Of a stretch of DNA of 64,000 nucleotides, positions 9,755-21,347 are shown one piece after another. The position numbers and the translations under genes are program-made. Under the pieces are notes generated by a model that saw nothing but the letters and a program-made list of their open reading frames with translations, was not told the DNA's origin and searched no databases. Numbering within the stretch: the stretch's first letter is position 1; every line of letters starts with the position of its first letter. Source of the stretch: Fimicolochytrium jonesii (Eukaryota); contig NW_026515672.1 of NCBI RefSeq assembly GCF_025526975.1, forward strand, positions 992,001-1,056,000, given 5' to 3'.

Positions 9755-10105
9755 ACGACACGCTTACTTGCTTCGCAGTGATTCCTCCCTGTTGCGAACG
9801 CGTCGGTTCCCTGTTGCAGCCGGAATTAAACCATGTTCTCCGCGTGACTTTAAATGCCAGTTCCCATTGTGGGGAGGCGCAGCATGGTTCCATCACGCAT
9901 CACGCGAGCAATACGCAACTGTCCCTTTGGGAACGATATAAAACGAGGAGGGTGTTCCCAGCGGCCCCTCACGCCCCCACTCCCCAGTTTTTTCACCTGC
10001 TCCATATCTCTCTCGTCGCCGTTTCAAACGTACACATACAGACAGCCCCCCCCCCCCCCCCCCCCCCTCCGCCTTCCTCACTCACGCAAGAAAACCGAGC
10101 ACGAT

Positions 10106-10986
10106 ATGCCCAAAAGGAAGACCAGTGTCTGGGACCACTTCACGGAACCTGACAACCATGGGAAGAAATACAAGATTGCGAAATGCTCTTATTGTAATGG
10201 GACCCCCTTTGCCGGCCAGGCGGAACGCATGGAGAAGCATCTGATTGTGAGTTTCCGAGCGGAGTGAGCTGAGAATGATTGAAGGTTCCGAGCGCGATAG
10301 CGAGCAGAATGCTTGAGGGAGTGCTTGAGGTTGGTTCGGTCTCCCAGAGCGGACGCACATCCTCGCAGGGTATCGGCCAACTCGGTCAACCATCCATCGT
10401 TGAATCCGCCATCGCCTCTCCCAATCAATCAATCAATCAACCAACCCATCCACGTAATATGAACCAAAGCTCACTCTAACGCACATGTCTTTCACTACTA
10501 CAGAACTGTTCTAACGCCGATGAAAGCGTCAAAGAATTCGCGCAAGACCTCATCGAACGACGCAACCAAACAAAACTTCTCAAAATGCAACAAGAAGCAG
10601 GCGACAAGAACCTCGCTCTCACACCCATCCCGCGTCCACGGCCCGTTCTCGGCGCCCACATCGACTCGCCCTACAACGTCGCCGCGACACCATTAAGCCA
10701 CCACCACCTATCCGCAGCGGCAGCGGTAGCAGCAGGCAATTCGGCCGTCCCGCCCATCCAGACCGCGGCGGACATCCATCTCCTGATTGCGCTGACCGAG
10801 TTGGGGATCCCGTTCACCATCACCGAAAACCAGAATTTTAGGAAGTTTTTGAGGATTCTGAACGTGGAGTATGAGATCCCGACGCCGTTGCAGCTCAGTA
10901 GTTATAAGGCTGCGCTGGGGCCCGGGGATGCGCATGTGCAGGAGGGGCCTAGGACCAGTGGGGGGCCGTCTCATATGAGGGGATGA
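10106..10986 (+). CDS. BED zinc-finger protein with a hAT-transposase N-terminal segment, no catalytic domain (~207 aa)
   Basis: Exon 10106-10246, intron 10247-10503 (gtgagt...ctacag), exon 10504-10986 in frame. SVWDHF..AKCSYC..RMEKHLINC (BED); GIPFTITENQNFRKFLRILNVEYEIPT (hAT PF..VE...F...L...Y..PS block). Confidence 0.8.
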
Positions 10987-11536
10987 GAGCGGGGATGGGA
11001 ACGAACGATTCTGAGATGGAAGAATCCTGCGATTTTCATCGCTGTAATGTCACGTATACAATGCTTCCCTCTCCTGTAGACTTCAATAGTACACTCCGAG
11101 GCATGAGGTCAAGGCTTGGGATTCCCAGAAACTGCGAAGTGTCAGAATTGTTTGAGGGCTTGGATCTGGATATGAATATGGACGCATGACAAGCGGAACC
11201 GTGGAAAGGCTGTGTGAAACATGATACTAGAGGCTTGTCCAACGTGAAGTTCTATAACGGAAGGAAAGAGAGAGGAACAATTTAGCACAGCAACGTACGA
11301 ATGTCACTCGAATGTCACTTCGAACGCGTGCAGCTGCGGGTGAGATAACAGCCTCAGATCTATTATCATCTGGGCTTCCCTGGGAATCTGGACGAGGGAC
11401 AGCCAGCAGCAGCAGCAGCAGCAGCATCGTCGTCAACGTCTTCAGTTCACGGCTTTGCAATAGAGTAGCACCACCCGAGTCCCACCGCACCTCCATTCCC
11501 ACAACCTCCACCACCCCCCCTCATCCCCCCCCCAAG

Positions 11537-14532
11537 ATGCGCCTCCTCCCCCGCGACATCGACAAACTCACCCTCCACGCGGCCGGCGCCCTCGCCCAAA
11601 AGCGTCTCGCGCGGGGCCTGCGCCTCAACCACCCGGAAGCCGTCGCGCTCCTCGCCTCCGTGACCCTCGAACACATCCGCGATGGCACCCACTCCGTCGC
11701 CGACCTCATGTCCCTCGGCCGGCGGATGCTCGGCACGCGCCAGGTCCTCCCCGGCGTCGCGGAGATCATACACGAGGTCATGGTCGAGGGCACGTTTGCG
11801 GATGGGACGAAGCTGGTGACGGTGCATGAGCCGATCTGTAGGGAGGACGGGGACATGGGCGTTGCGCTTTATGGCAGCTTCTTGCCGGAGCCGGATCTGG
11901 CGGTGTTTGGGGAACGCGGAGGGGGGAAGAGGAAGGCGGATGTGGCGGGGTTGGATGAGGGAGGTGCGGGTGGGGTGGTGGAGCAGGAGAGGGAGAGGGA
12001 TGGTGTTCGGATGATACCAGGTATGTAGAGAATGGGACGAGGGACTTGCGTCGTCAGATGTGGGATGTCCGATGTCAAGCAAGCTTATTCTGACACGTCT
12101 GTTTGTGCCTGGCCAGGAAGGGTGATACCTCTCCCGGGAAAGATCACGCTAAATGCAGGTCGGAGACGTGTGGCGTTGACCGTCACCAACAACGGTGACA
12201 GGCCGGTCCAGGTGCGTGTAAATAAAGTCGGAAGCAACTGGGTGTGCCCTGCCGTCATCTCACTAAGTATACGACGGACGGACCCCAGGTCGGCTCCCAC
12301 TACCACTTCATCGAAGTCAACCCCCAAATGTCGTTCGATCGCGCCCTCGCGTACGGCAAACGCCTCAACATCCCCGCCGGCACCGCCGTCCGCTTCGAGC
12401 CGGGCGAATCCAAAACCGTCGTTCTCGTCGAGATTGGCGGGAAGAAAATCATCTCCGGCGGAAACTCCCTCGCCACGGGCCTCGTCGACACCCTTCGTAT
12501 CCCTGAAATCCTGCAGAATCTGACAGCAAAAGGGTTTGCACATGTAACGCAAAGAGCGTTACCGGAACCCCCGGTGTGTGAGATGGACCGGGCACGTTAT
12601 GTGGACGCGTATGGGCCGACGACGGGGGATCGGGTCCGGCTTGGGGATACGAACCTTTTTATTACGGTGGAGAGGGATCATACGGTTTATGGCGATGAGT
12701 GTGTGTTTGGTGGGGGAAAGGCGATTAGGGAGGGGATGGGGCAGGCTACGGGGGTGAGGGATGAGGATGCGCTGGACTTGGTTATCACGAATGCGCTTGT
12801 TGTTGATTATACGGGGATTTACAAGGTATGTGTTTTCTGTGGGAGCCTTCGAGGGGTAAGGTCTAAATGATTCCCCACAGGCCGATATCGGCGTTAAAAA
12901 CGGTCTGATTGCGGGAATCGGCAAAGCCGGCAACCCCGACGTGCAAGCCAACGTAACCCCCGGGATGATCATCGGCGTCACCACCGAAGTCCTCGCCGGC
13001 GAAGGCAGTATCATCACCGCGGGCGCGATCGACACGCACATCCACTTCATCTGCAAACAGCTCTGCACCGAAGCCCTCGCCAGCGGCATCACCACCCTCA
13101 TCGGCGGCGGCACGGGTCCCAACACCGGCACGAACGCGACGACATGCACACCAGGGTCCGCGCACCTCAAGATGATGATGGAATCCACCGACTCCCTTCC
13201 CATCAACATGGGTTTCACGGGTAAAGGCAATAGCAGCAGCCCCATTGGCCTCGACTCCCAAATCGAAGCGGGCGCCGTCGGTCTCAAGCTCCACGAAGAC
13301 TGGGGCACCACCCCGGCGGCGATCGACACCTGCCTGTCGATCGCGGACGCATACGACGTGCAGGTCACCATCCACACCGACACTCTGAACGAATCCGGGT
13401 TTGTCGAAAACACCCTCGCGGCGTTCAAGGGCCGCACCATCCACGCCTACCACACCGAGGGCGCCGGCGGCGGCCACGCCCCCGATATCATCCGCGTCGT
13501 GGGGTACCCCAACGTGATTCCCAGCAGCACCAACCCCACCCGGCCGTACACCACCAACACGCTCGACGAGCACCTCGACATGCTGATGGTCTGCCACCAC
13601 CTCTCCCGCGCGATCCCCGAGGACATCTCCTTCGCCGAGTCGCGGATCAGGGGCGAGACGATTGGCGCGGAGGACTACCTCCACGACGTGGGTGCCATCA
13701 GCATCATCTCGAGCGATTCGCAGGCGATGGGGAGGGTCGGGGAGGTGATTTGCAGGACGTGGCAGACGGCGGATAAGATGCAGAGCGTGAGGAGGAGCGA
13801 AGGGACGGATGACTTGACGGATAACGAGAGGGTGAGGCGGTATATTGCCAAGTATACCATCAACCCGTAAGTTGCTTCTTTCAAAGCTCCCCCCCCCCCC
13901 CCCCCCCCCCCCTTCAGATCGACCACCAGACAAAACTGAATTCATGTTTTTCTTCGATGATTTCAAATACAGAGCCATAGCCCACGGCATCTCCCACGTC
14001 GTAGGCTCCATCGAAGTCGGCAAGCTCGCCGACCTAGTCCAATGGAAACCCGAGTTCTTCGGCATCAAGCCCGAACGCATCCTCAAAGGCGGGTTCATCG
14101 TCTGGGCCATGATGGGCGACGCCAACGCTTCGTGAGTGGTCGCGAATTCATCCCCGCGCGCGTGTTTTTTTTTCTCTGTACCCCCCCTTCTGACTCATGT
14201 TATTTTTTTCATGTGGGTTAAAAAACAGCATCCCAACACCCGAACCCTTCATCTCCCGCCCGCAATTCGCGCTCCCACGTCACACCTCCCTCCTCTTCGT
14301 CTCCCGCGCCTTCGCCGCCACGCACGCCTCGAACCCTACCCACCACATCACCAAAAAAGTCACGGCGGTCAGGAACTGCCGGACGGTCGGGAAGAAGGAT
14401 ATGAAGCTGAACGATCGGTGTCCGGATGTACGGGTGCATCCCGAGACGTATGTCGTGAGTGTCGATGGGAGGGAGGTTAGGGTGGGGCCGGTCGGGAGCG
14501 TCGGGTTGGGGAGAAGGTATGCGTTGTTTTGA
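11537..14532 (+). CDS. URE1: Urease (fused gamma-beta-alpha, eukaryotic type), 6 exons
   Basis: [47 protein letters not shown]; nickel-site residues [50 protein letters not shown]. Introns about 12021-12116, 12212-12288, 12826-12880, 13867-13972, 14132-14228. Confidence 0.98.
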
Positions 14533-15047
14533 TGAGGGGACGGCGTAGGTTGACAGTTTAGGGGCGGACCCCTGCGATACACTTCCCCGACTGGACGGGG
14601 GTTATGGGCACGGTGCTGTTACATATGGGAGATGGACGGACTGGTACGGGAGATGCAAACGACTTGCAGGTGGATACATGAGAGGTGAATGGCTATGTAG
14701 GGGCCATAGGCTTTCAAGTCCATCCTACACATGCTACATGACACTAGAATGAAAGCCGACCATAATGATACTGATGCCTCCCGCGGGTCCTGAGGAGACG
14801 GATAGTCTCAAGGGGGTGGTATAAACGCAGCGGCCTAGCAGTCGCTAAAACTGGGATGTGGTGTAAAATACCGTGTAGTTGCTCTGTTTTGGCGTCGTTG
14901 ATCAATCTTATAGACGTGCCGTCTCTCCATCTCACGCCCAGAAAGGTAAGAATTCTCCGCTTTCCATACCGCCGTCGCTCCCACACCCACAACCCCCATC
15001 GCCCACACACACCACTGATTACCCGCCTTCCAAATCCCCCCCAATTT

Positions 15048-16226
15048 TCAAACTCCCGCCTTCCGCCTCCACACCCTCGTATTGCCGCCCACGCCATCCA
15101 CAACAACGACCTCAAACAACCTATCCCTGATCCCATTAACCACCCTCGGATCCCACAACTCGCTCGCGACCCCCAAATCCTTGCCCACCCTCACCATCGC
15201 AACATGCGCACACCTCCGCTCTGCCTCGTCCCTGTCCCCGCCCGCGGTGGCGAGGCTCCAGTCGCCGACGGCTTCGGAGATGAAGCGGTTGTTGATGGTG
15301 AGGATGTACGAGCGGAAGAGGGTGCGCCCGGAGCGGGAGGTGTGGAAGGGCGTTGTCGGCAGGAGGGACCAGGAGGTGGGACCGAAGGCGAGGTTGAAGA
15401 GGGTGCGGTAGGCGGGTTCCGACATGTACAGGTAGCCGCGGTCTGTGACGATAGTGAGGGATGGGGAAAATATGACCAAGGTGAAGCGGAGAGAAGTTCC
15501 ATCCCGTTCCTTCAACCATCATGAACCACCATACATCCACCAAGAACCGCCATCATCCATCAGCCATCATAACACCGATGTTTCAGGGGAAAACATTAAG
15601 AACGACCGTTCGCTGTCGCTCACTGCGGGGTCAGCGCTCGGTCCCCCAGAGCGACCCAAAGCTCAAGCAATTCAGCGCCTCGCGGCACGGACTCCCATCG
15701 CAACCCACGACCGCGCTCGCTTACGCCGCACGCCTCCTCCTTCCCCATACATACCAGCATCCACTTCCAGATCCTCCTCCCTAACCGGCCCTGTCAGAAC
15801 CCTCCCAACCTCCGCATCAAACCTCTCCATCCTCTCCACGGCCTCATGGTACAGCTCCCTAACCCTCTTGTCCTCCTCCGGGAACAGCAAATCAGTCGGG
15901 AGGCGCCCCAGGTTTGAAGCGTCTGCTTTTGGGTTCGATGCGGTTCTGCGGGGTTTGATTTGGGGTTTTGAGGTGGGGTTGTGTTTGGTTGTGGGAGCGG
16001 AGGAGGGGCGGTACGTTGTGGTGGACGTGGAAGGTTTTTTGTAAGTGGATGAGCTGCTGCTGCTGGTGGTGGTGGTGGACTTTGGGGTGGGTTTCCATTT
16101 GGGGGCGGGTGGTGCGGCGCACGATGGGGATGTCGGTGTGAAGTGACGGATGGTGGATGTGGCGAGGGATGGTGGGATGAGGACGGGCCTCACGCCCGTG
16201 CGACCGGGGACGGATAGACGAAACAT
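15048..16226 (-). CDS. MGM101: Mgm101-like mitochondrial Rad52-family DNA annealing protein (divergent)
   Basis: Presequence-like MFRLSVPGRTGVR. Spliced core (intron 15443-15754) VLTGPVREEDLEVDADRGYLYMSEPAYRTLFNLAFGPTSWSLLP...RVGKDLGVASELWDP resembles Mgm101 G.[21 protein letters not shown]...KDLGIASELWDP. Confidence 0.82.
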
Positions 16227-16610
16227 GTTGGCGATGCTGTTTTTGCAACCAAGTATGTTTGAGAGAGAAGGAGGTGTCTGTGACGACGATGAACAGCAGT
16301 TGAAATCGTGGAGAGTCCAGGAGTCCAGGAGTCCCTTTGGACAGATGGACGCTCCCAGTGTCCGAACGTGTCCGAACGTGTCCGAAAAGAGATGCGCGCG
16401 TCCGAACATGTTCGCAACCGCTCGTAACAGCTTCCCTCTTGCGCAACGGTTCGTAACCAGTGTGATGTCGGGCCTTCCGCACTCTCCGCTCTCCTCCCTC
16501 TCTGCGGCAGAAACCCGGCGCTCAACCAGCAGCTGACAAAAGGTGGGGGACAGCACTCGCTTACATTCCTGCTCGCAAACCAGAGCCCCTGTACTCCCCG
16601 TGTGATACTC

Positions 16611-17413
16611 ATGTTCCTCCTCAGAAGACTCTTCGGCTCCTCCGCTACACCTCAACAAGTCATGGCCGCTAAGGATATCGTCGAGAAGGCCATCACCGAT
16701 AACAAAATCGTATGTGTTCGAAACACCCCGTCCCACCCACGCTCCAGCTCCCCCAACTAACTCCACGTCTCCTCTCCCACAGGTGGTCTTCTCGAAGTCA
16801 TACTGCCCCTACTGCAACAAAGCAAAGAAGCTGTTGGACTCGTTGTCTGCAAAATACACCGCGTTTGAGCTCGACCAGCGTGAGGACGGGAGTGCGATTC
16901 AGCAATATTTGAGGGAGAAGACCGGCCAGAATACTGTGCCGAACATTTTTGTTAAGGAGCAGCATGTTGGTATGTATCTCATGCGGGGGGGGGGGGGGGG
17001 GGGGGGGGGTGTCAGCGACCGGTCGATTTGCGCAAGGGAGTGTCACTACCTGGAGCGACTGCGAACTGCGATGAGAGGAGCGAATGCGAACTGCGATGAG
17101 GGAGGCGAGGCGCAGGGATGCTTGAGGCGGGCGAGCCTAGGCGAGCTTAGGCGAGCCACATTGCTCCAAAGGCGAAATATTCCCTTAATCACAGCTCTTA
17201 GCGAGCCTGAACTAGCGAGCGGAGCGGAGCGAGCTTCGCGCATTCGCAGCCCAACCTTCTTGTCCCGAGCGGAGCGAGCAGAGTGTCGTTCAATTATCCT
17301 TCCATCCACTTCGCTTCATCCAACCAACCTGTTCGCGTTTCAACTTTATAGGTGGCTGCGATGACCTTCACGCCGCCAACTCCAGCGGCAAGCTGCAGAA
17401 GCTTTTGCAATAA
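16611..17413 (+). CDS. GRX: Dithiol glutaredoxin (CPYC); two in-frame ATGs (16611, 16662)
   Basis: Exons 16611-16709, 16783-16969, 17352-17413; VVFSKSYCPYC, TGQNTVPNIFV, HVGGCDDL. Confidence 0.95.
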
Positions 17414-17954
17414 ACCTGCCTCATTCCAAGTCTAGGAGGAATTGTGGCCACGATCCGTAGCTCGGTCTCCATCCGTTTCCCATAGTCAGTTTCTCATTTT
17501 TGAATCATATGTACCCAATGACACTTTAGAGTTACGCTGTTGCAATATATGCAATCTAATGCTCGAGAGAGTGTTCATTGGCAGATTGCTATATGCGCTG
17601 TGGTCTATGGGCTATGGGCTATGGACTATCTACATACAGTGATCGGAGGACAGTGCACTGATCTTTATAGTGGGCGAAGTTCGGCCTGACGGAGGAAACG
17701 CGTTGTCGTCTGGTTGTCGTCTGGGTTGTCGTCGCAAAGACAATGAGACATGCGCCGTTCGTAGCCGTTCGCGGTACCGTAATGGAAGCATAGCCCAGGC
17801 GGCAAACTGCAGAGAGACCCCAGCAGAGCTAACCCATACAGAAACGGTAAGGCTCCAGGTCCAGTAGAGACGGGCACACGCTGCCGACCGGGCGTGGATG
17901 CTGCCAACTCTCCCCTATCATCCTAACCTCACACCACTCGCAGATCGCTACATC

Positions 17955-19549
17955 ATGTCCGTCTCCGCAACGAGGATCCGGCGACCCAACGCAGGCAGCC
18001 GCATGCGTGCGCTCGTCGAGCAACAGCAGCAGCAGGACTCTCTGTTTGATGAAGATATCCTCGACGACGCGGAAGACTATGTCGTAGAAGGTAAGATACG
18101 AGTTAGTCATCGCGTTTGCCACAAGAAGGCAGTTTACTCAACGAGCAACATAGCACAGGAGGATGTGTTTGATGAGGATTTTGGAAGCACGGATGAAGAG
18201 GAGGAGGCGAGGGATGATGAGGCGCAGGTTCATGCTGAAGAACGTGCTGCGCGGAAGGTAAGGCAACACCACACCTTTTGGGTTGACTGTGTGCGCTGTG
18301 CTCATATCCACATATCCCAGAAAGCAGTGAAAGGATTGGGGATAACGAAGCGAAATCCGGTCAGCATCACACCCAAACCGCCGCCCGGACCCACACCGAA
18401 AGGCGGCCGCATCGAAAAGAAAAAGCCCACCCCCCGGCCAGCCCGGACCCACGACCCCACCTCAATCCGGCAATCCAACCGCTCCTCCACCGTCGCCTCC
18501 AAACGGCAACTCCAAGCCAAGATGTCCGAACAGCAAAAGCGCAAAGCAGCGATCCCACAACGCGTGCGCGTGGTGGAAGCAGAACTCACGCAGGAGGAGA
18601 AACTGGAGGAGGCCAAGGAGACGGAGCGGATCAATCTAGCGAGTTTGCAGAAGATTCTGGAGGCGGAGGTTGTTACGCGGATGAGGAGGGGCCAGAGGGA
18701 TACGCAGCTTGTGGGGCCGCTGATACGGATCAGATCGTTTAGTGTGAAGGTGTTTGAGATGGGCGAGGCTGGGCCATCCAAAGAAACGCATGTGGAGGAT
18801 TCGACAATTGCGATGGACGTAGACACGTCGCCACCTACAGCGGGAGAGGCACGGGCGCTCGAGCCAGCATTGGAGAGCACTATGGAGTTAGCAGACGAGA
18901 GCGCAATGGAAGCTTCTTCCATGCAGCACGAAGACACAATGGAGAACTCTCCCGACCAGCAGACACTTGTGCCTCGTGAGGAGCCAAGTCTCTACGGGAG
19001 ATCCACTGTCACCTTCCAAGGTTTCCAAGACGATCCACTAAAAGCATGGCAGGACCAACCAACAGGTATGGCCCCATCTGCAGCACTCCTCTCCGCCCTC
19101 TATCTTCATTTCAACTGACCAGTCCCCTCCAAGCCCCCTCAAAACCAGTCTGCCCCATTACCGGCCTCGAAGCACGCTACCGTGACCCCCGCACCCTCAT
19201 CCCCTACGCCACAAAGGACGCCTACGCAATTCTCAAACGCCTCATCAACGCCGAATACGCGTGGAGTCCAGTCGTACAGGCCTACATACACCCGTTTGAC
19301 GTCGTGCCACCCGCAGCGGTGCCGCCGCCTTGGTTGGAGTCGACGTTGGGGACGCCTGCACCTGTGCCGGAGATCGAGGTTAAGGGGGAGACGGAGGGGG
19401 TGGGTGAGGGTCAGGTGAAGAAACCGAGGAAGGACGGGAAAGCGAAAGTGCCGGTTGATGCGTCTGCCCCTATGGTGGAGGGGACGGAGGGTGCCGCGGG
19501 AATGCGCGCGACGACGATCATGGATTCGAGCGATGTTGCGCCAACGTGA
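17955..19549 (+). CDS. VPS72: Vps72/YL1 (SWR1 complex H2A.Z chaperone)
   Basis: RRPNAGSRM, EDVFDEDF, RQSNRSSTV, LTQEEKLEEAKETERINLASL; C-terminal CPITGLEARYRDPRTLIPYA; about 3 introns. Confidence 0.93.
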
Positions 19550-19846
19550 GGAAGATCGGGGATGGAAAAGAGTCTCAAACACAGTCCCGTGTAACTCAGT
19601 GTGAGTGAGGGGCCGGTCTCGATCCTCTCGAGTCATCCCGGGGCGTTGCGGTCAGGAGAGATCTCTTTTGCGGCGGCGACGACGAGGTACTTTGCACCGG
19701 CCGCCAGCGGGCCATGCCCGTTTTAATCAACTGCCCTGGCGTTGCTCAGGGGAACCTAAGTTAAATAAACACACTGAAACGCCGCCCCTATGGAATTACG
19801 CCAACCTTTGATATGCCCTCAGTTTTTTCCGCGCTTGCTCAACAGC

Positions 19847-20599
19847 TTAATGGAACGGGACACCTCCTTGCGTGGCGGGCCCACGGGTAGCCGCTAACGG
19901 ATCCTGCTGACTTTGGAATAGTGCGCCACTTCCAGGTGTGCGTGGCGCCATCAACGGCGTCTCGACGATTTTGGTGATGCCTGCCATCGATTCCGGGCGT
20001 GACTGTGTTTTTGTAAGGAGTCTGTTTGGAATATGATGGGGAAGAGGGGTAGGAAGCGCCGACTTTTGGTACTCTTCCCAGGTTCTCGGTAGTGATGTGG
20101 CAGTCCCACCATGCTGAGAACGAGAATGGAATGGTGCAGATTGAGGCTGCATATATGGCATTCGATTCATTGCTGACGATAGGAGAACTCTCGCTCTGGT
20201 GATTGGTTTCCAAAAGACGAGCGGGAACGAACGCCAATCCATTTCTAGCTCATGTTTTGGTGCCTCTCGCTTTACTTGTGAGTTGTTCGAAAACTGCTCG
20301 CCGGATGGGAGTAGTTCTTCCTTGATTCTCGCATCTGATGCGGTCTCCAAACCCGTGGGCGACGGGAAATCGGTTTCATCTGCTGAAGGTTCTTGCTTCA
20401 CTCGTTTGCTCAGTCGCTGCTCGTCGGATATGAGGGCTTCGGTCACGTCCACCGCTCCATGGTGACGCTGGGGCAAACGAGGCGTATCTGACCCTTGGGT
20501 TAGCGGCACTTCCTCGGCGACTCTGGGATCCGGTCGAGTGTCTCCCATATGACTGAGGACGTTGTCTGCGACACCGACGAGACCACCGGGAGCGTCCAC
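19847..20599 (-). CDS. Hypothetical disordered protein with several SUMO-type psiKxE motifs; gene structure unresolved
   Basis: 250-aa ORF with VKQE, IKEE, VKRE and an NLS-like SKRVK; no family recognised. Confidence 0.35.
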   Translation of the reverse strand: MDAPGGLVGVADNVLSHMGDTRPDPRVAEEVPLTQGSDTPRLPQRHHGAVDVTEALISDEQRLSKRVKQEPSADETDFPSPTGLETASDARIKEELLPSGEQFSNNSQVKREAPKHELEMDWRSFPLVFWKPITRARVLLSSAMNRMPYMQPQSAPFHSRSQHGGTATSLPRTWEEYQKSALPTPLPHHIPNRLLTKTQSRPESMAGITKIVETPLMAPRTPGSGALFQSQQDPLAATRGPATQGGVPFH

Positions 20600-21347
20600 A
20601 TCGAAGGGAAGACCATCGAATCCTCATACATATGCTCATGTTCCTGGATGATAGCGTTGACTTCTTTAGCAGACAGACAGAGAACGCAGTTGTTGTCCGG
20701 CTTAAACGTGGCGGGCACTCAACGTCCATATCCGGGGTCAAGTCCTCATATATGTGTGGGGTATAAGTCTGCTTCTTGAGCAGACTGGCACTGGACGCAA
20801 CGGCTGTCCGGTTTGAAGGATGGCGGGCGGTCCTCGCTGGAAGGTGATCTGGTTGGTAGGTGAAGCTTCATGGCTGTGCGGTGGTTCTGGCGATAGGGTT
20901 TCGGACGGCGTGCTAGGAGGGCCCTATTATAAAAGTGAGCTGGTGGAGGTGCGTATGGGAAGTGCACCGCCTCTATGGGTCCTCCACATCCTGTTCCTCC
21001 CTGAACGTTTTCTACAACTGTACAGTAGCAGCGAGGGCAGAAAGTTGGGAACCGTGGTCTTTCGCAGGGAGTCTCGGGGCTCTCGGGGTCTTTCTGGAGA
21101 CGAGTCGTACTGCGTGACACTCCCAAGCTCGCGAGTGTAAGGCTGCTTTTCCCACGGCCCTCACTTGCACGTACAGTACACACACACGGCACTTCATACA
21201 GTATATACAGGTCCCCTCGGGCGGTTGTTTGCTGCTACACTCTGTACTCAAATAGGGCTTGGACTCGGTGGTATCGTCAGGTCAATAGGCCTGGATTTCG
21301 GAACCCTTCGATAGCTGCTCCCCCGTCCCGTGGCTGCCTACGTGGAC

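Noticed and set aside
12863..14125. 420-aa minus-strand ORF
   Set aside because: Antisense shadow of GC-rich urease exons.
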